From: Vicinamibacteria bacterium
Lineage (GTDB): Bacteria; Acidobacteriota; Vicinamibacteria; Vicinamibacterales; JAENWD01
Length of the DNA stretch: 64,000 bases
Direction of reading: 5' to 3'
Assembly: GCA_963763095.1 (NCBI GenBank)
Contig: CAVXNR010000006.1
Span: 70,125-134,124 of the forward strand
Part shown: in pieces, positions 19,762-28,032 of the stretch
Numbering within the stretch: the first letter of the stretch is position 1
Layout: each line of letters begins with the position of its first letter
The notes under the pieces: generated by a model
The model's input: only the letters and a program-made list of their open reading frames with translations
What the model was told of the DNA's origin: nothing
Databases searched by the model: none
Translations under genes and position numbers: made by a program

Positions 19762-20566
19762 GCTCTTTTCCCTGGGCCCCGTCACCGTCTACACCTACGG
19801 CGTGCTGCTGGCGGCGGCATACCTGCTCGGGCTGAAACTCGCCATGAGCCGCGCGCGGGCGCGAGGGCTGGACGCGACGCGGATGCTCGACCTCGGCATC
19901 TATATCATCATCAGCGCGCTCGTCGGCGCGAAGCTGCTGCTACTGATCGTCGACTTCGATCAGTTCCGCAGGGACCCGGCGGAACTGCTCTCGCTCGCGC
20001 GCTCCGGCGGCGTGTTCTATGGCGGGTTGATCCTCGCCGTTGCGGTGGCCTTCTGGTTCATGCGAAAACATCGCCTGCCGCTGTGGCAGACGTGTGACGT
20101 CTTCGCACCTGGGATCGCCCTCGGCCATGCCGTCGGCCGTTTCGGATGCCTCGCCGCGGGCTGCTGCTACGGAAAGCCAACCACCGTGCCCTGGGCGGTG
20201 ACGTTCACGAACCCCCTCGCTGCGGCGAACGTGGGGACGCCGCTCAACGTGCCGCTCCATCCCACGCAGATCTATGAGAGTGCGGCCGAGGCGCTGATCC
20301 TGCTCGTGCTGCTCGCGACAGAGAAGAAGGGCCGCGCCTACCCGGGGCGTACGTTCTGGCTCTATATGCTCATGTACGCGGTCTCCCGGTTCATCATCGA
20401 GTTCTACCGGGGAGATGAACGCGGGCTGGTGTTCGGCGCTGTCTCTACATCGCAGTTCATCTCCATCGTGCTCGTGCCCCTGAGCGTGGTGATGCTGGTG
20501 TGGTTGTCGCGCAGGCCGGAGACATCCCCCGACGTGGCGCGAAAGCCGGCCAGGCGCGCGTCCTGA
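19751..20566 (+). CDS. lgt: Phosphatidylglycerol--prolipoprotein diacylglyceryl transferase
   Basis: GTG 19751. Motifs VFPELFSLGPVTVYTYG, GRFGCLAAGCCYG and HPTQIYE. Confidence 0.85.
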   Translation: MFPELFSLGPVTVYTYGVLLAAAYLLGLKLAMSRARARGLDATRMLDLGIYIIISALVGAKLLLLIVDFDQFRRDPAELLSLARSGGVFYGGLILAVAVAFWFMRKHRLPLWQTCDVFAPGIALGHAVGRFGCLAAGCCYGKPTTVPWAVTFTNPLAAANVGTPLNVPLHPTQIYESAAEALILLVLLATEKKGRAYPGRTFWLYMLMYAVSRFIIEFYRGDERGLVFGAVSTSQFISIVLVPLSVVMLVWLSRRPETSPDVARKPARRAS

Positions 20567-20571
20567 CGGCG

Positions 20572-21531
20572 ATGGGACGCGTGGAGCTCGCTGTGACCGA
20601 TGAGCACGCAGGCGAGCGGCTCGACCGATTCCTCGCCACAGTGCTGCCAGGACACTCGCGCTCGCAGATCCAGCGATTGATCAAGGACGGGCCTGGTGCA
20701 GGTGGGCCCGCGCCCGGTGCGCGCCAACGCGAGCGTGCGGACGGGCGACACGGTCATCGTGGACGTCCCCGCGCCAACCGTCGCGGAACCTGCCGCCGAG
20801 GACATCCCGCTCGACATCGCCTATGAGGATCCGCACCTGATCGTGGTGAACAAGGCCGCGGGAATGGTCGTGCACCCCGCCGCCGGACACGCCAGCGGCA
20901 CGCTCGTGAACGCGCTGCTGCACCACGTCGACGATCTCAGCGGGATTGGCGGCGAGCTGCGGCCCGGCATCGTGCACAGGCTCGATCGCGGCACGTCAGG
21001 ACTGATCGTCGTGGCGAAAGCACGATCGGGCCCACGAGTCGCTCGCCAGGCAGTTCCACGATCGGGAGGTCGAGAAGGAATACCTCGCCCTGGTCTGGGG
21101 CGTCGTGCAGGCGGGACGCCGCATCGAAGCGCCGATCGGACGTGACCCTGTAAACCGCCAGAAAATGTCGGCGCGCTCGAGGCGGGCTCGCACGGCCGTG
21201 ACGCGGATCACGCGCGTCCAGCACCTGAAAGGCGTCACCCTCACGCAGATCGCGATCCACACCGGACGCACCCACCAGATCCGCGTGCACCTGAGCGGGA
21301 TCGGCCACCCGATCGTCGGCGATGCGCTCTATGGCGGATCCCGCCGGCGTATGCCAGCCGATCTCCGGCCCATTCTCCGGCTGGAACGGCCATTCCTGCA
21401 CGCCGCACGCCTTGCGTTCACGCATCCCGATCGACGGGCGCCGCCTCGAATTCACCGCCGCGCTGCCACGCGATCTGCAGACGGTGTTGGACGAGATTGT
21501 GCAACTACAGGAGGCCGCGGGCGACGGATAG
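20572..21531 (+). pseudogene. rluD: 23S rRNA pseudouridine synthase RluD-type, three +1 frameshifts
   Basis: S4 domain ([26 protein letters not shown]), catalytic [15 protein letters not shown], and C-terminus ..FLHAARLAFTHP|IDGRRLEFTAALP... Shifts at GGG 20689-20691, AAA 21017-21019 and CCC 21426-21428. Confidence 0.85.
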
Positions 21532-21547
21532 GCGGGCGTTTCCCGCC
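21531..21547 (+). terminator. Short hairpin directly after the rluD stop
   Basis: GGCGGG-cgttt-CCCGCC starts at the last base of the TAG stop. No U-tract. Confidence 0.3.
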
Positions 21548-21610
21548 TGGAGCCTGGCGCCTGGAGCCTGGAGCCCGGAGCCTGGCGCCTGGAGCCTGGA
21601 GCCTGGAGCC
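21548..21610 (+). repeat. 9 tandem heptads (6x TGGAGCC, 2x TGGCGCC, 1x CGGAGCC), with a 28-bp super-period x2
   Basis: Read directly. The array ends 9 nt before the Nudix ATG (21620). Each unit contains the SD-like GGAG. Confidence 0.9.
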
Positions 21611-21619
21611 TTCGCGAAC

Positions 21620-22175
21620 ATGCCTGAGAAACCCCACGTCCTCCACTCCCACGTCGCCTACGACGGCAAGATCTTCCAGGCTGTCGTGGAGCGCGTGCGT
21701 CTGCCCGGCCGTGACCGCGACTCGCAGGTCGAGATCGTCCGCCACGCGGGGTCGGTCGCGATTGCAGCCATGCCGTCCGATGACGCTGTGCTCCTGGTGC
21801 GGCAGTACCGGCATCCGGCCGGCGGCGTGCTGTGGGAATTGCCCGCGGGCAGCATCGATCCCGGCGAGGACGCCGAGACGGCGGCCAGGCGTGAGTGCCA
21901 CGAGGAGCTGGGGATGATTGCAGGCAGGGCCGAGCGTCTCGGTGAGGCATGGCCGCTGCCCGGCTACTGCACCGAGTACATGACGTTCTTCCGCCTGACG
22001 GACCTGCGCAGCCCAGGTGCCGGTGACGCGGCAAGCGCACCAGGACGAGGACGAGGAGATCGAGGCGCAGGTATTCACGCTGGAACAGGTTCGGGAGATG
22101 GTCCGGAGCGGCGAGATCAAGGACCTGAAGACGGCAGCCGTGCTGGCGCTGCATGTAGCGAAGGCTAAGGGCTGA
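21620..22175 (+). pseudogene. Nudix hydrolase (ADP-ribose pyrophosphatase-like), one +1 frameshift
   Basis: Nudix box GSIDPGEDAETAARRECHEELG. The C-terminus continues in the +1 frame (..QVPVTRQAHQDEDEEIEAQVFTLEQVREMVRSGEIKDLKTAAVLALHVAKAKG) after the CCC run at 22012-22014. Confidence 0.8.
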
Positions 22176-22320
22176 AGGGCCAAGGGCTGAAGGGCTAAGG
22201 GCTAAAGGAAAGTTGACAGCCGGACGCAGCCTTGTTCACGCCCGCTCAGCCTTAGCCGTTCGCCCTTAGCCCTTGGCCCTTTAGCCCTTAGCCCTTAAGC
22301 CCTTAGCCCTTTAGCCCTTA
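22160..22320. repeat. Opposed arrays of AAGGGCT-type heptads (left arm 22160-22208, right arm 22247-22320) filling the nudix-lon convergent spacer
   Basis: Read directly. The right arm is the reverse complement of the left arm. Both stop codons lie inside repeat units. Confidence 0.9.
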
Positions 22321-24750
22321 CTGCAGTGTCCCCTGGATGCTGTGCTCGCGGGGGCGGTCGGTCGAAGGCGGCGCAGGAGAGAGCGCCAGGAGGAGCACCT
22401 CGGTGATCTCCGACACGAGGTGAATCGTGATGTCGGCCCTGAGCTCGTCATTCAGGTCCTCCATTACGTTCTTCTCGTTCTGCCGTGGAAGAATCACCTC
22501 CCGTACGCCCGCCCGCCGTGCGGCCAGCACCTTCTCCTTGATGCCACCTACCGGGAGCACGCGGCCGGACAGCGTGATTTCCCCGGTCATCGCGATGTCG
22601 CCCCGCACCGGGCGGCGGGTCAACTCCGACACGAGCGCCGTCACCATCGTGACACCTGCCGACGGGCCGTCTTTCGGGATGGCGCCCGAGGGCACATGGA
22701 AGTGGACCTCGGCGTTCCTGTAGAAGTCCGCATCGACGCCGTACTCACCGGCATGCGCGCGGAACCAGGAGAGCGCGGTCCGCGCGGACTCCTTCATCAC
22801 GTCGCCGAGCGAGCCAGTCAGGGTCAGCGTTCCGGTTCCTGCCATCCGCGACGCTTCGATGAACAGCACCTCGCCCCCGGCCGGTGTCCAGGCGAGACCG
22901 ATAGCCACGCCAGGGTGCTTCGTGCGCTCCTCCATCTCTTCGTCCAGAAAGCGCGGCGCACCGAGCATCGCCACGACGACGTCCGGCGTGACGGCAAGGG
23001 CTGTTTCATCGCCTTCTGCCCGCCGGCGCGCGGCTTTCCGGCAGATCGAGCCGATCTCGCGTTCGAGATTCCTGACGCCCGCCTCGCGCGTGTACCCGCG
23101 GATCATGCACCGGAGCGCCGCGTCTGAAAACGTCAGCTGCTCACCCGTCAGGCCGTGGTTCGCGACCTGCTTCTCGACGAGGTGCTCGCACGCAATCTTC
23201 AGCTTCTCCTCTTCCGTGTATCCGGGGAGCTCGAGCACCTCCATGCGATCGCGCAGGGCAGGCGGCACGGGATCCAGGACATTCGCGGTCGTGATAAAGA
23301 GAACCTCCGCCAGGTCGAACGGGACGTCGAGGTAGTGATCGCGGAACGTGTCGTTCTGCTCCGGGTCCAGCACCTCGAGCAGCGCCGAGCTCGGGTCGCC
23401 GCGAAAGTCGGAGCCCAGTTTGTCGATCTCATCCAGGATGAACACCGGATTTTTCGACTCGGCGCGCCGCAGCCCCTGGATGACCTGCCCCGGCAGGGCA
23501 CCGATGTAGGTCCGGCGATGCCCGCGAATTTCGGCCTCATCCCGCATGCCGCCAAGCGACACGCGGACGAACTTCCGGTCGAGCGACGTCGCGATCGATT
23601 TCGCCAGCGAGGTCTTCCCCACGCCGGGGGGGCCGACGAAACAGAGGATCGGTCCCTTCACGTCGGGATTGAGCTTCCGGACGGCGAGGTACTCGAGGAT
23701 CCGGTCCTTCGCCTTCTCCAGTCCGGAATGTTCGTCGTCCAGGATCCGTTTGGTCCGCGCGAGATCGATCGTCTCTTCCGTGCGCTTTTCCCAAGGCAGT
23801 GCGACCAGCCAGTCGATGTAGGTGCGTGAGACGGTGTATTCGGCAGCGGCGACGGGCATGCGCGCCAGCCGCTCGAGCTCACGAAGCGCCTCTTTCAGCA
23901 CGAGCTCAGGCATCTGCGCGGCTTCGATCTTCTCCCGGAGCTCATCGATCTCCTTCGTCTGGTCGTCGCCCTCGCCGAGCTCCTTCTGGATCGCCTTCAT
24001 CTGCTCGCGCAGGAAGTACTCGCGCTGGTTCTTGCCGACCTCCGATTGCACCTGAGACTGAATCTTGGACCCGAGCTCCAGGACCTCGAGCTCCTTGATC
24101 AGGATCCGGTTCAGCGTATCCATGCGGGCGCGGACGTCGAGCGTTTCCAGCACCTCCTGCTTCACCGGCGTGGCGATGGTGCTCAGGCTTGACGCGATGA
24201 AGTCGGCCAGACGTCCCGGCTCCGTGATGTTGAGCGCCAGGGTCTGAAGGTCGTCAGAGAGCAGCGGCGACAGCGAGACGACCTTCTGGAAGTTGCTCTT
24301 GATGTTGCGCTGCAGCGCATCGATCTCCAGACGGTCATCGTCGCTCAGCTCGTCTGGCGTAGCGCTCACCTGGGCGCGGAGGTACGGGCGCACGGCCACG
24401 ATGTCGTCGAGGCGGATGCGGGCGAGCCCCTGGACAATCAGGCGCAGACTGCCGTCCGGGAGCCGGAACATCTTGTGGATGTGCGTGGCCGTGCCAATCG
24501 GGTACAGGTCCTCCTTGTGCGGTTCGTCGAGCGCGGCGTCGCGCTGGGTGAACACACCGATGACCTTGCTTGCATTGATGGCCTCGTCGATCAGCCGCAC
24601 GGAGCTCTCGCGCGCAACCGCCAGCGGCATGAACGAGTTGGGGAACAGCACCGTGTCGCGCAGCGGCAACAGCGGGAGCTCAGGCGGTATCGAGGGCGGC
24701 CGTTCGCCCGAGACCTCTTCGAGAATCGGGGTCTCGTCCTGATCGCCCAT
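22318..24750 (-). CDS. lon: ATP-dependent Lon protease
   Basis: 810 aa from ATG 24750. LON N-domain, Walker A GPPGVGKTS, and protease motif PKDGPSAGVTM. Confidence 0.95.
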   Translation of the reverse strand: MGDQDETPILEEVSGERPPSIPPELPLLPLRDTVLFPNSFMPLAVARESSVRLIDEAINASKVIGVFTQRDAALDEPHKEDLYPIGTATHIHKMFRLPDGSLRLIVQGLARIRLDDIVAVRPYLRAQVSATPDELSDDDRLEIDALQRNIKSNFQKVVSLSPLLSDDLQTLALNITEPGRLADFIASSLSTIATPVKQEVLETLDVRARMDTLNRILIKELEVLELGSKIQSQVQSEVGKNQREYFLREQMKAIQKELGEGDDQTKEIDELREKIEAAQMPELVLKEALRELERLARMPVAAAEYTVSRTYIDWLVALPWEKRTEETIDLARTKRILDDEHSGLEKAKDRILEYLAVRKLNPDVKGPILCFVGPPGVGKTSLAKSIATSLDRKFVRVSLGGMRDEAEIRGHRRTYIGALPGQVIQGLRRAESKNPVFILDEIDKLGSDFRGDPSSALLEVLDPEQNDTFRDHYLDVPFDLAEVLFITTANVLDPVPPALRDRMEVLELPGYTEEEKLKIACEHLVEKQVANHGLTGEQLTFSDAALRCMIRGYTREAGVRNLEREIGSICRKAARRRAEGDETALAVTPDVVVAMLGAPRFLDEEMEERTKHPGVAIGLAWTPAGGEVLFIEASRMAGTGTLTLTGSLGDVMKESARTALSWFRAHAGEYGVDADFYRNAEVHFHVPSGAIPKDGPSAGVTMVTALVSELTRRPVRGDIAMTGEITLSGRVLPVGGIKEKVLAARRAGVREVILPRQNEKNVMEDLNDELRADITIHLVSEITEVLLLALSPAPPSTDRPREHSIQGTLQ

Positions 24751-24857
24751 GGAGCGATCCTCCTTAGCGGACCAGTCGTGGGGGTCCGGGGAAACAGCCG
24801 GTGGGGGAGGCACAGGCCCCACCCACCGGCGGAGCCTGCTTCGTCGGTGCGCGCAAA

Positions 24858-25310
24858 CTAACTGGACATGTCGTAGAACAACGAGGATGAGCCGCGGCGC
24901 TGCGACGACCGCTCACGCTGCTCGGCCACCTCGCGGGCCTCCTCGCAATCCTTGCAGCGGACCGCGAAGGGCAGCGCGCGAAGCCGCTGCTCGGCAATCT
25001 CGTCTCCACACTCGAAGCAGAAGCCGTACTTGCCGTCTTCCAGGCGGGACAGCGCCTCATTGATCTTCTGCAGGGTCTCGGCCTTCATCTGGATCAACGC
25101 GAACTCGATATCTTCCTGGATATCGGCTTCCGAGCTCTCACCCGCATCGAACACGTCGTTCACCTTCGACGTGCCGCCTTCGGCCCGCACGTCACGGATT
25201 CGCCCCTGGACCTCGCTGACGATCTCCCGGCGACGGTCTTCGAGGATCTGTTTCAAGTCCGCATAGCGGGTTCTCTGCACGTCTGCCGGTTCCGCCTTCT
25301 TGCGCTTCAT
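24858..25310 (-). CDS. DksA/TraR-family C4 zinc-finger transcription factor
   Basis: Coiled-coil region followed by CFECGDEI...RCKDCEE. Confidence 0.8.
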   Translation of the reverse strand: MKRKKAEPADVQRTRYADLKQILEDRRREIVSEVQGRIRDVRAEGGTSKVNDVFDAGESSEADIQEDIEFALIQMKAETLQKINEALSRLEDGKYGFCFECGDEIAEQRLRALPFAVRCKDCEEAREVAEQRERSSQRRGSSSLFYDMSS

Positions 25311-25799
25311 GACGCCGTACTCCTTTTGGCATTGGCCTGCGGGGCCTGCCGATATGATGTGCGTGCTCCCTGCAATAAACCTGCCTGGAGATTGATCCGC
25401 GGATTCTACTCGAAACCGCAGCGGCTGGCGAGAATGAAAAGGACTGGAGGACTCTGGAGAGGACGGGCGGTGTGAGGACTGTCCTCACATCAGGTCACCG
25501 TTTTGCCACCGGTCCATCTCATCATCCCGTTGTCCCCCAGCAGTTTACGGGCGACATCCGCCCTGCAACCGGCTCTGCCTTCCCGGTTTTACAGCATTAG
25601 ACGCCCAGCCGTCGCATTCGGTTCGAGTGTTCTTCCGGGGCCTCCGAAAGATAGGGGCAGCGTCCGCCGGTCGTCGGGGCTTCGGGATTGGCAGCCGCAC
25701 CACGGCGTCCGAGCAGACGCGGGCGGTGTGGACGACTACCCGTCGGATCAGGATCTCCGCACCGCGGTGCCGGCGCCGGTGGCCTCGTCCGCGGGAGCC

Positions 25800-26387
25800 T
25801 CAGTGAAGGAATCGGGTGGTCAGCGAACTGTTCGGGACGATGCCGCGCTCCAGCAGCAAATCGCCATTCCGCGGACTGCGTGTCCGGAGCCACTTTTCGT
25901 ACAGCCGCAGAAGATCCGTGCTGGAGTTCCTTGCGCTGCGGTCGCTCACCTCAGACAGCACATCAACGAACCGCGTGAACTTTTCCGCGAGTTCCGAGAA
26001 GATCGGAGCGCAGCCGTCATCCTCCCGGCGACTGAGGTGCCCGTAGGCGTAGCCGCCCAGCGTCACGTAGTAGTCGACGTCGACAAGCTTGCGGGCGAGG
26101 CTGTCGGAAAAGAATCCGGCAAGGAAGAGGGAAACGTCGCCGACCTGGCGCAGCCCCTCGCGCTGCTGAACGCCGCCCGTCTGCAGCGCGCGGGCGAGCC
26201 GTAGGGCGAGCGGCTCCTGCAAGGCATCAGCGGTCTCCCGCTGCGGGCAGACGAACGCGGCGAGCAGGTTCACGACGTAGAACGTCGTGTGCTCGGAGGA
26301 CTGGACTCGCTGGTGTGCGAGCGCGCCCTCAACCAGCTGCTTGAAGTACTCCATGGGCGTTTCGTCGTGGACCAGCTGTTCTGCCAT
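25800..26387 (-). CDS. Hypothetical protein (~195 aa)
   Basis: Long ORF with typical codon bias. ATG 26387 has a GGAG 5 nt upstream, and an alternative ATG lies at 26405. No family recognised. Confidence 0.5.
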   Translation of the reverse strand: MAEQLVHDETPMEYFKQLVEGALAHQRVQSSEHTTFYVVNLLAAFVCPQRETADALQEPLALRLARALQTGGVQQREGLRQVGDVSLFLAGFFSDSLARKLVDVDYYVTLGGYAYGHLSRREDDGCAPIFSELAEKFTRFVDVLSEVSDRSARNSSTDLLRLYEKWLRTRSPRNGDLLLERGIVPNSSLTTRFLH

Positions 26388-26605
26388 ACCGTCTCCACCG
26401 GGCATCGCACCCGCCCAACCCGATCAGGTGTGCTGCAACTGCCGTTCCCGCCGCGCTTTGCGTGATGAAAGGTTCTATCATGGCGCGCCACTGCACGCCC
26501 ACGACCTGCTGCCAAGGTCGAGGCGTGGAGGCCTCTGACGGCACGGCGCCACCCGGCGCCAACCGATTGACGGCCCCTGTACGCTATGCGAAGCTCGGGA
26601 CCGAG

Positions 26606-27268
26606 ATGATGTGTCCCCTGTGTGGCGCCCGTAAGGCGAGGCGTGCGTGCCCGGGCGTGGGCCAGGAGATTTGCGCAATCTGCTGCGGGACCAAGCGGCT
26701 CGTCGAGATCCGGTGTCCTTCGACTTGTGGTTACCTGCAGATGGCACGCGCGCATCCCGCCGCAGTCGAGCAGCGACAGCGCGAACTCGATGTGGCCGTC
26801 ATCGCTCCTGCCCTTCGGGATCTCACCGAACGGCAGCAGCAGCTGTTCTTCCTCCTGCTCAGCGTCACTCGCCGGCAGGCAGACGACCCGCTCCGCCCTC
26901 TACTCGACACCGACGTGGCTGACGCGGCGAGTGCCCTGGCCGCGACGTACGAGACGAGCGCGCGGGGCGTGATATACGAGCACCAGACCCAATCGCTGCC
27001 GGCCCAGCGACTCGTGTCCGGGCTGCAGGCCGCACTGGCGGACATCAGCCGCGAGGGGCGTGAGCGCCTCGTCGAGCGCGAGGCGCCGCACGCGCTTCGA
27101 GCCATCGAGCGCGGCGTACGGGCCGTCGCGGCACTGCCGGGCGCCACCCGCACCGCGTATCTGGAGCTGGCGGGGCGGGTGCTCGGTCCGCCAGCCGGAG
27201 CGGAGGCGAGCCGGCCGGATGTCCAGGCACCGGCTGCGCACGCCGGGCTCATCCTTCCGCCGGACTGA
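26606..27268 (+). CDS. Hypothetical protein with N-terminal 8-Cys cluster
   Basis: MMCPLCGARKARRACPGVGQEICAICCGTKRLVEIRCPSTCGYL, then a helical Ala/Arg-rich domain. ATG 26606 chosen inside ORF 26462..27268. Confidence 0.5.
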   Translation: MMCPLCGARKARRACPGVGQEICAICCGTKRLVEIRCPSTCGYLQMARAHPAAVEQRQRELDVAVIAPALRDLTERQQQLFFLLLSVTRRQADDPLRPLLDTDVADAASALAATYETSARGVIYEHQTQSLPAQRLVSGLQAALADISREGRERLVEREAPHALRAIERGVRAVAALPGATRTAYLELAGRVLGPPAGAEASRPDVQAPAAHAGLILPPD

Positions 27269-27353
27269 GAAGACCTGCTATAATCCGGCGTTTGCGCCCG
27301 CTCACGGCAACCGGCCAGTGATCGCACCCGGCGCAGGATCCCAGGAAGACCCC

Positions 27354-27545
27354 ATGGCAAAGCGCTGCGAAATCTGCGACAAGGGACCGGTCGTCGGCCG
27401 GACGATCAGTCACGCCCACAACGTCCGGCCCCGCCGGTTCGAGCCCAACCTGCAGACGGTTCGGGCGCTGGTGAACGGCGGCGTTCGCAGGCTCCGCGTC
27501 TGCACGCGGTGTCTGCGGTCCAACAAGGTCGTGAAGGCCGCATAG
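27354..27545 (+). CDS. rpmB: 50S ribosomal protein L28
   Basis: 63 aa: MAKRCEICDKGPVVGRTISHAHNVRPRRFEPNLQ... Perfect TATAAT at 27279-27284 upstream. Confidence 0.9.
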   Translation: MAKRCEICDKGPVVGRTISHAHNVRPRRFEPNLQTVRALVNGGVRRLRVCTRCLRSNKVVKAA

Positions 27546-27552
27546 CGCTCCC

Positions 27553-27939
27553 ATGCGTGACGTGGTCACCACGGACGCGGCGCCGAAGGCTATCGGTCCG
27601 TACTCCCAGGCGGTCGTGGTGGATGGCTGGCTGTTCTGCTCCGGCCAGATCCCGCTGGACCCTCGCACGGGGCAGATGGTCGACGGCGATGTCCGGAGCC
27701 AGACACGGCAGGTCTTCGCCAATCTCGAGCACGTCCTGGCGGCTGCGGGCGCCGGCTTCGATTCTGTGGTGAAGACGACCGTCTACCTCGCGGACATGAA
27801 CGACTTCACGGCCATGAACGAGGTCTACGCGACCGTGTTCGCGTCGCCGGCCCCTGCCCGGTCCACCATCCAGGCGGCCAGGTTGCCCCGCGACGCGCGC
27901 GTCGAGATCGAGGTCATCGCCCATCTCCCGCGGGGATGA
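27553..27939 (+). CDS. ridA: RidA/YjgF-family enamine/imine deaminase
   Basis: AAPKAIGPYSQAVVVDGWLFCSGQIPLDP...ARSTIQAARLPRDARVEIEVIA. Confidence 0.85.
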   Translation: MRDVVTTDAAPKAIGPYSQAVVVDGWLFCSGQIPLDPRTGQMVDGDVRSQTRQVFANLEHVLAAAGAGFDSVVKTTVYLADMNDFTAMNEVYATVFASPAPARSTIQAARLPRDARVEIEVIAHLPRG

Positions 27940-27950
27940 TCTCGATCGGG

Positions 27951-28032
27951 GCGCTTCGGCCCCGGTCCTACACTGCAGGCCCTTCGGCCCTGGTCCTTCA
28001 CTGCAGGCACCTATTCGCTTCGGCCCACTTCC
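27951..28032 (-). repeat. 28-bp tandem repeat x2 plus a partial third unit (CTTCGGCCC core x3) filling the ridA-relA convergent spacer
   Basis: Unit 1 at 27951-27978 is GCGCTTCGGCCCCGGTCCTACACTGCAG. Unit 2 at 27979-28006 is GCCCTTCGGCCCTGGTCCTTCACTGCAG. A partial unit runs to the relA stop at 28033-28035. Confidence 0.85.

Noticed and set aside
25311-25799. Known housekeeping RNA (RNase P, tmRNA, 4.5S/SRP, 6S, tRNA) in the 490-bp gap
   Set aside because: No GGAAAGUCCGG or ACAGAAxCCGGCUUA (RNase P) motif is present. There is no tRNA-like GGUUCGAAUCC arm. The only SRP-like string (CCGGGAAGGCAGAGCC on the minus strand) cannot form the GGAA tetraloop closing pairs. The gap is left as unexplained rather than called.
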